From positions 101,680,001 to 101,744,000 of the forward strand of contig NC_043005.1 of NCBI RefSeq assembly GCF_006345805.1: DNA of 64,000 bases, read 5' to 3'. The notes beneath the pieces were generated by a model. It had not been told where the DNA came from and ran no database searches. It saw only the letters and a program-made list of their open reading frames with translations. The stretch comes from Octopus sinensis. Taxonomy: Eukaryota. Made by a program: the position numbers and the translations under genes. Within the stretch, counting starts at the first letter, position 1. Each line of letters begins with the position of its first letter. Below are positions 57,901 to 64,000 of this stretch, in pieces.

Positions 57901-58307
57901 AATATATGCATATATATATATATATATATATATATGAGTACAGGATACCACAAATAAACGTAGAACACAACGAGAAACGAAAACATAAAACCAAACAAGG
58001 AAACGGACTTTTTTTAACAACGAAAAAACAGAGTACAAGACAAACAATACAAGTGTGTGTGTGTGTACTCACATATAAGAGACCAAAGGTGTACGTACGC
58101 CGCCATATGTATACAAAAAGGAATACAAAAAAAGGGACAAGAATAACAAGGACGAAAAAAAGCTGAGATACATATATACATATATGTATATATATATATA
58201 TAAAGTTAATCCAAACAGGAAAAAACAAAAAAAAAAACACAACAACGCGAGGACGTGGAACAAATAAAGTATTATTGGATGCTCAGGAAAGAAGGGAAGA
58301 AGCAGGG

Positions 58308-58341
58308 TTTAACGTTTCGAGCGGAGCTCTTCGTCGGAAAA
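58308..58341 (-). ncRNA. Minimal hammerhead-like motif B (second copy 59855-59887, mutated)
   Basis: ttt-CCGACGA-a-GAGC-tcc-GCTC-GAAA-CG-TT-aaa. The second copy reads GAAACTTT. Confidence 0.6.
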
Positions 58342-58412
58342 TAGGAGAAGGAAAGATCCAGAGAAGGGAAGACAGAGGAAAAAAATCGCTGGCGCTACTC
58401 ACGAGGTACACA

Positions 58413-58466
<54 letters not shown>

Positions 58467-58561
58467 TGTGTGTGTTTGTGTGGTGTATATACATGCATAT
58501 ATATATATATATACATATATATATGTATATATATATATATGTAATATATATGTATGTATAC

Positions 58562-58635
<74 letters not shown>

Positions 58636-58681
58636 ATATATATGTATGTATACATATATATATGTATATATATATATATTA

Positions 58682-58748
<67 letters not shown>

Positions 58749-58794
58749 CATATATATATATATTATATATATATAATATATATTATATATATAT

Positions 58795-58828
<34 letters not shown>

Positions 58829-59149
58829 ATATAAATATATACACAAACACACATATATATAGGGAGAGTTTACGAAAAAAAACAACAAAAGACGAAGACA
58901 GGTGGTGTACAAAACAAACAGATGTATTAGTATAATGCTCAGGAATAGAAAAAAGTCTTTTACGTTTCGAGCCTACGCTCTTCTACAGAAAGGGACACAG
59001 AAAGCAATGCGAGAAACAAGGAGAGAAAAAAAAATGTGTGTAGTGGCTGTTTGCTTTTTTGATCGGTTATAGATAGCAAAATTTACATTGAGCTGATGGA
59101 TTACTGTATAGTTTTGTAACGTACAATTTTATGATTCTTAAAAACGAAT

Positions 59150-59181
<32 letters not shown>

Positions 59182-59956
59182 CGCATATGTGTGTGTGTTT
59201 GTGTGGTGTATATACATGCATATATATATAAATACACACACATATATATTCTTTCTGTTACTTGTTTCAGTAATATGTTTGCGGCCATGCTGGAGCACGG
59301 CCTTTGGTCGAACAAATCGACTCCAGTACTTATTCTTTGTAAGCCTAGTACTTATTGCATCAGTTTCTTTTGCCGAACCACTAAGTTATGGGGACGTAAG
59401 CACACCTTTATCGGTTGTCAAGCGATGGTAGGGGAACAAACACAGACACATGAATATATGCATTATATATATATATATATATATATGAGTACAGGACACC
59501 ACAAATAAACGTAGAACACAACGAGAAACGAAAACAAAAACAAACAAGGAAACGGACTTTTTTTAACAACGAAAAAACAGAGTACAAGACAAACAACACA
59601 AGTGTGTGTGTGTGTACTTACATATAAGAGACCAAAGGTGTACGTACGCCGCCATATGTATACAAAAAGGAATACAAAAAAAGGGACAAGAATAACAAGG
59701 ACGAAAAAAAGCTGAGATACATATATACATATATGTATATATATATATAAAGTTAATCCAAACAGGAAAAAACAAAAAAAAAAACACAGCAACGCGAGGA
59801 CGTGGAACAAATAAAGTATTATTGGACGCTCAGGAAAGAAGGGAAGAAGCAGGGTTTAAAGTTTCGAGCGGAGCTCTTCGTCGGAAACATAGGAGAAGGA
59901 AAGATCCAGAGAAGGGAAGACAGAGGAAAAAAATCGCTGGCGCTACTCACGAGGTC

Positions 59957-59997
<41 letters not shown>

Positions 59998-60098
59998 CAT
60001 ACATACATGCATACATATATATGCATAAGTTCGTGTGTGTGCGCGTGCACATACCTCTCTTGTATATATTCATGTATGTGTGTAAATGTGTTTGTGTA

Positions 60099-60164
<66 letters not shown>

Positions 60165-61609
60165 CGTGCGTGTACTCGTGTGTGTTTGCGTGTAGATATG
60201 AATCTATATATTTGATTCAGTGAAATACATTAAATGCCTGGATCGCAAGCGACAGCAATCCATTTCAGATCTGTTAATTTTAGGAAATGAAACGAAACAT
60301 TCGTTAGGCTGAAAACTCCGCGCGTGATGGACCGGGTGTTTTAAAAATAGCAGTTACGCCTTTCTCAAAATCAACTCCCACGCTATGAAGACAAAGAATA
60401 TGTGAATGAAAGTTAAAGCTGGAAAGAATGTGTAATCTATAGTAATTATCGCTTGAAAAGGATTGTACTCTTGGAGTAGCTCTCTACCCGAAGTTGTATC
60501 TCTAGTTATCTTTTGTTGATTTGTTCGTATATTTTGCAAAAACCATACGAATACACAGACACACACAATTGTAGACATACAAGCAATTATAAAAGCACGT
60601 GAACGTACACACACTCTCACACATACACACGCGTAAACCTTTCAAAACCATGCAGAAATAGAGGGATAGAAAAATAGGGGGGAGAAAGCAGGATGAATCG
60701 ATGAAAGGGAGAGAGAGAGAGAGAGAGAGAGTGAGAGAGAGAAAAAGAGAGAGAGAAAGGTAGAGAGGTGTGAAGAGAGTGAGAGAAAGAAATATGAAGA
60801 AAATCCAGAAAAATCTCACCAAATCTGTCTTAGAATTAAGAGACGGTGCTAGATTCTACAGCTTCCTTAGTTATGCTGTGTTTTTTTTATATCGCAGAAC
60901 TTGCATCTCCTGATGCTGTTCCTGTATAGTCTGAATTTTTCGCCGATCTTCCTATTGATGTCACGCACAGCGCCATTTTTTTTTTTGTTTTGTCTGGTAG
61001 TTTTAACACTACAAGTTTTGCGGTAATCCTTTTTTCAATGGTTCTGAACGAAGCAGTGTGTTTGTAAAACCTCAGCTTGAAGGGTTTTTTTTTGTTTTCG
61101 TGTGATGTATAGTTTTAAGTTAACGTACTTATTCGCATCTGTAGATCTGATCTGTGTTCCATATATAATAGCCTTGGTGCTACATAATCCATTCAGTCGC
61201 TATGCCGACAGATTACTGCATGAACATTAAACTTCTGTAGTTCAATTCAGTTTAGGTGAAATTATTTGATTCATCTTAGAATGCATTCTTTAATAATTTT
61301 TAGTGTTAGCTTATTGAACAGTTTCTCGTATTTATGCTCAGAAAGGAAGTGCCTTTCTATTATATTTAGAAAAATCGTGCGCGTAATATATCTAATATAA
61401 GGAGGAAGATCTAACTTGATGTGCGACTAACATTCTTGAGCTAGGGCTGTATGCAATCTAATCTTTGAATCCAATGTCCTCAAGGTCATTTTAGTAGTAA
61501 AGGGCCCTGGTGTATATTATATTATTCAATGGTTGACAAAGGGGTCTTTAATTAAGCCCTTTACGAGGTTTTGAACATTAGGCGGCGGACGGGTGTCTAC
61601 AATAATATA

Positions 61610-62859
61610 CGAAGGGCGTTCAATGCCCCTGACCCACTTCCCATAGCAGTAGAGCAACGACACCTGGCACAGTTATTAGTCTTTTCCTACATAGGAACCA
61701 CCCAGAGTTATGCATTTCTCCCATTGTTTGATACAGCTCTGGAGACCGTTTTTGTAGAAGACCCCAGCTTGGTCCTCCAACCACGACGTGACTTCAGAAA
61801 TCAAGGCTGCATCATCTGGGAAACGCTTTCCTTTCAAAATCAACTTCATGGCTGGGAAGAGGTGAAAATCAGAGGGTGCAAGGGGGGGAGTTCATAGCTG
61901 CACGCCTGTGCTTCTGATCTGGCGACAAGCGAGTTGTGGACCGGAGCGTTGTCCTGCAGGAGGAGGATGCCTTTGCTGATCTTGCCCCGCTTCTTGATTT
62001 TGATAACTTCTCTTAATTTCCTCAAAAGTGAAGCATAATAGTCTCCTGTAATTGTGGTACCCTTTGCCAGGAAATCTGTCATTACTACTCCGTCCTGGTC
62101 CCAGAAGACTGTGAGTATAACCTTGTCAGCGGAGGGCTGCACCCTTGCCTTCTTTGGAGGAGGTGAGTCACGGTGCTTTCACTGCATTGACTGGGCTTTG
62201 GTCTATGGATCATAGTGATGGACCCAGGTTTTATCCTGTGTGATCAGTCTTTTGAAAAATTTTGACTCATCTTCTTGGCACATCTCTAAATTCATCCTCG
62301 AGCACTCAACGCGTTCTTGCTTCTGGAAAAGTGTGAGCAACCTGGAAATCCATCTGGCAGACACCTTTTGCATATGCAAATGGCCATGAATGATAGTTTC
62401 CACAGACCTGGTACTAATCTTGACCTTATGGGCTATTTGGCGAATAGTTATGCGTTGACCTTCCAAAATGGCAGCCTCAACTTGACGGACAGACGTCTCA
62501 TCAACGGCAGAAGGGGGCGACCAGATCTGGGAGCTGTTTCCACAGAGTTCCGACTATGTTTGAATTCACAATGCCAGCGTTTTACAAGGTCATATGATGG
62601 GGCATCATCACCATAAGTTACTTTCATTTTATCAAAAGTCTCCCGTGGTGTGCCTCCTTTCAAATACAAAAATCAGATCACTGCTCGACACTCAACAGGC
62701 TCCACTTCACACTTGACTCAGTTCAAACACCTGTAAATCAGAAACCACAATTAGTTCGCCACTTAATCTATAGAGGTATAAATAATTGCACATGCAAAAT
62801 TTCAGCTAGATCAAACAATTGCAAGTGGGTCAGGGGCATTACTTATTGAACGCCCCTCG
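61610..62859 (-). mobile_element. Full-length mariner, transposase inactivated
   Basis: TIRs cga(a/g)gggcgttcaa...tgcccctgacccactt with TA on both sides (left TIR lacks 7 bp); 1250 bp. Transposase ~62705-61676: VKRWHCEF, RSGRP, KVSARWI, ITQDKTWVHHYDP, VFWD, LQDNAPVH, LAPSDFHLF, GGSYVEKD*. It has frameshifts, an early TGA and loss of HPPYSPD. Confidence 0.93.
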
Positions 62860-64000
62860 TATGTGAAATTTCCGAAACGATTTAAAACATGAATATAGAG
62901 ATGTAGAATGACATCCAAGAAAATGAATACGGAAGGCCAAAGGATTTGAACGCCTCTTAAATACCTTTCCGTAGCACATCTAATGTGTGCCCATTTGCGG
63001 GAGCATTGCTATGTATGTATGTATGTATGTATGTATGTATGTATGTATGTATGTATGTATGTATGTATGCGTGTATGTATGTATGTATGTATCTATCTAT
63101 CTACTTATCTATCTATCTATATATCCCCTATACATATCGCCCTTTCTCTCTCAGTGTGTCTGTGTGTGTGTGTGCGGCGCGTGTGTGTATGTGTATATAC
63201 ATACACACATACATCTACCCATCCATACGTATACATGCGCACACACACACACAGTTCAAAGGATACCATATGTAAAAGTTTGAGAGATCAAGGAGCTCAA
63301 AGAATTCTACGAGCACTCGTTATTAATGGTTTTTGATGTAGGTACATGACCAGCACTTTTGAGAGGAAGATTACCACTACTTATCTTATCAAAGTATAAA
63401 GTAATGCGTTTACTTCAACGGCATTTAAATTCCCGGACTTGTACTTCAGAGGGGATCTTTCTAGGTGCTATTCCATGGTCATTCATGACCGAAGGGGGTC
63501 TTTACCTTCACACACACACACACACACACACACCACACACACACACAATTCATTATCTGTAAAAAATAAGGATAAAGTGGTCAGCAAACTTAATTTAAGG
63601 ACGCAAAATATATAATAAAACGTCAAGGTACAATATGTATCTGTCTGTTTGAAAGAGGAGTTAACCTCCCCGAAAACCGCGCATCCCTCACGATATTTAA
63701 ACATGCACGAGGAATATAGCAAACATATTCCTCCGAAACAGTCCTCCATCTAACATGAACAGAAGGCAACTTTCTTCTTTAGCCGGGAGAGTGTAAGTTC
63801 GGGGGGGGGGGGGGTTATTGTGTGCTAGTATTTTCTTTTTTTGTTTTTGTGTCTCGGAGGGGAGAGGGTAGGTTTGGTGTCTGTTGGGGAGGGTGGGACT
63901 GAGGAGGTGTGGGTAGGGTGGGTGCGAGTTGGCATTGCCTTTTCCTTTTGTTTCTACTTTCCACTGTCTTCCACATCTCGTCATTCTCCTTCATTTCTTC

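Larger units (their letters stand above)
57000..59955. repeat. Tandem duplication, unit ~1549 bp
   Basis: 57311-58406 matches 58860-59955 at an offset of ~1549, with roughly a dozen small differences; flanking microsatellites are also duplicated. Confidence 0.95.

Noticed and set aside
60887-60976. aaaATGGCG (YY1/Kozak-like) start with a 29-aa minus ORF
   Set aside because: No donor site, no recognisable product, and the motif is short enough to occur by chance.

Overview
AT-rich, repeat-saturated eukaryotic non-coding DNA, most likely from an octopus (coleoid cephalopod). That assignment is inferred from the SINE families and the extreme (TA)n/(CA)n/(CATA)n/(GATA)n microsatellite load, not from a search. 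I cannot support any intact host gene. Almost all ORFs in the track are microsatellite read-throughs. Real coding remnants all come from transposons: two Naiad-type and one Neptune-type Penelope-like elements (RT + GIY-YIG), RTE and RLE-type (R4/Dong-like) LINE fragments, and three full-length but broken mariners. There is also a mariner MITE, a non-autonomous Helitron and many tRNA-derived SINEs. The most interesting signals are at the RNA level: (i) a ~1.55 kb tandem duplication (57.0-59.96 kb) carrying four co-oriented minimal hammerhead-like motifs with non-canonical cores; (ii) a PLE hammerhead with an apparently compensatory U3-A8 core; (iii) a SINE that repeatedly joins older copies of itself at the same nucleotide; (iv) a near-perfect ~450 bp foldback with a third inverted copy; (v) SINE 3' tail swapping; and (vi) an HDV-like fold candidate near the 5' end of an RTE-derived element. 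All family assignments come from motif recognition by eye and need database confirmation.
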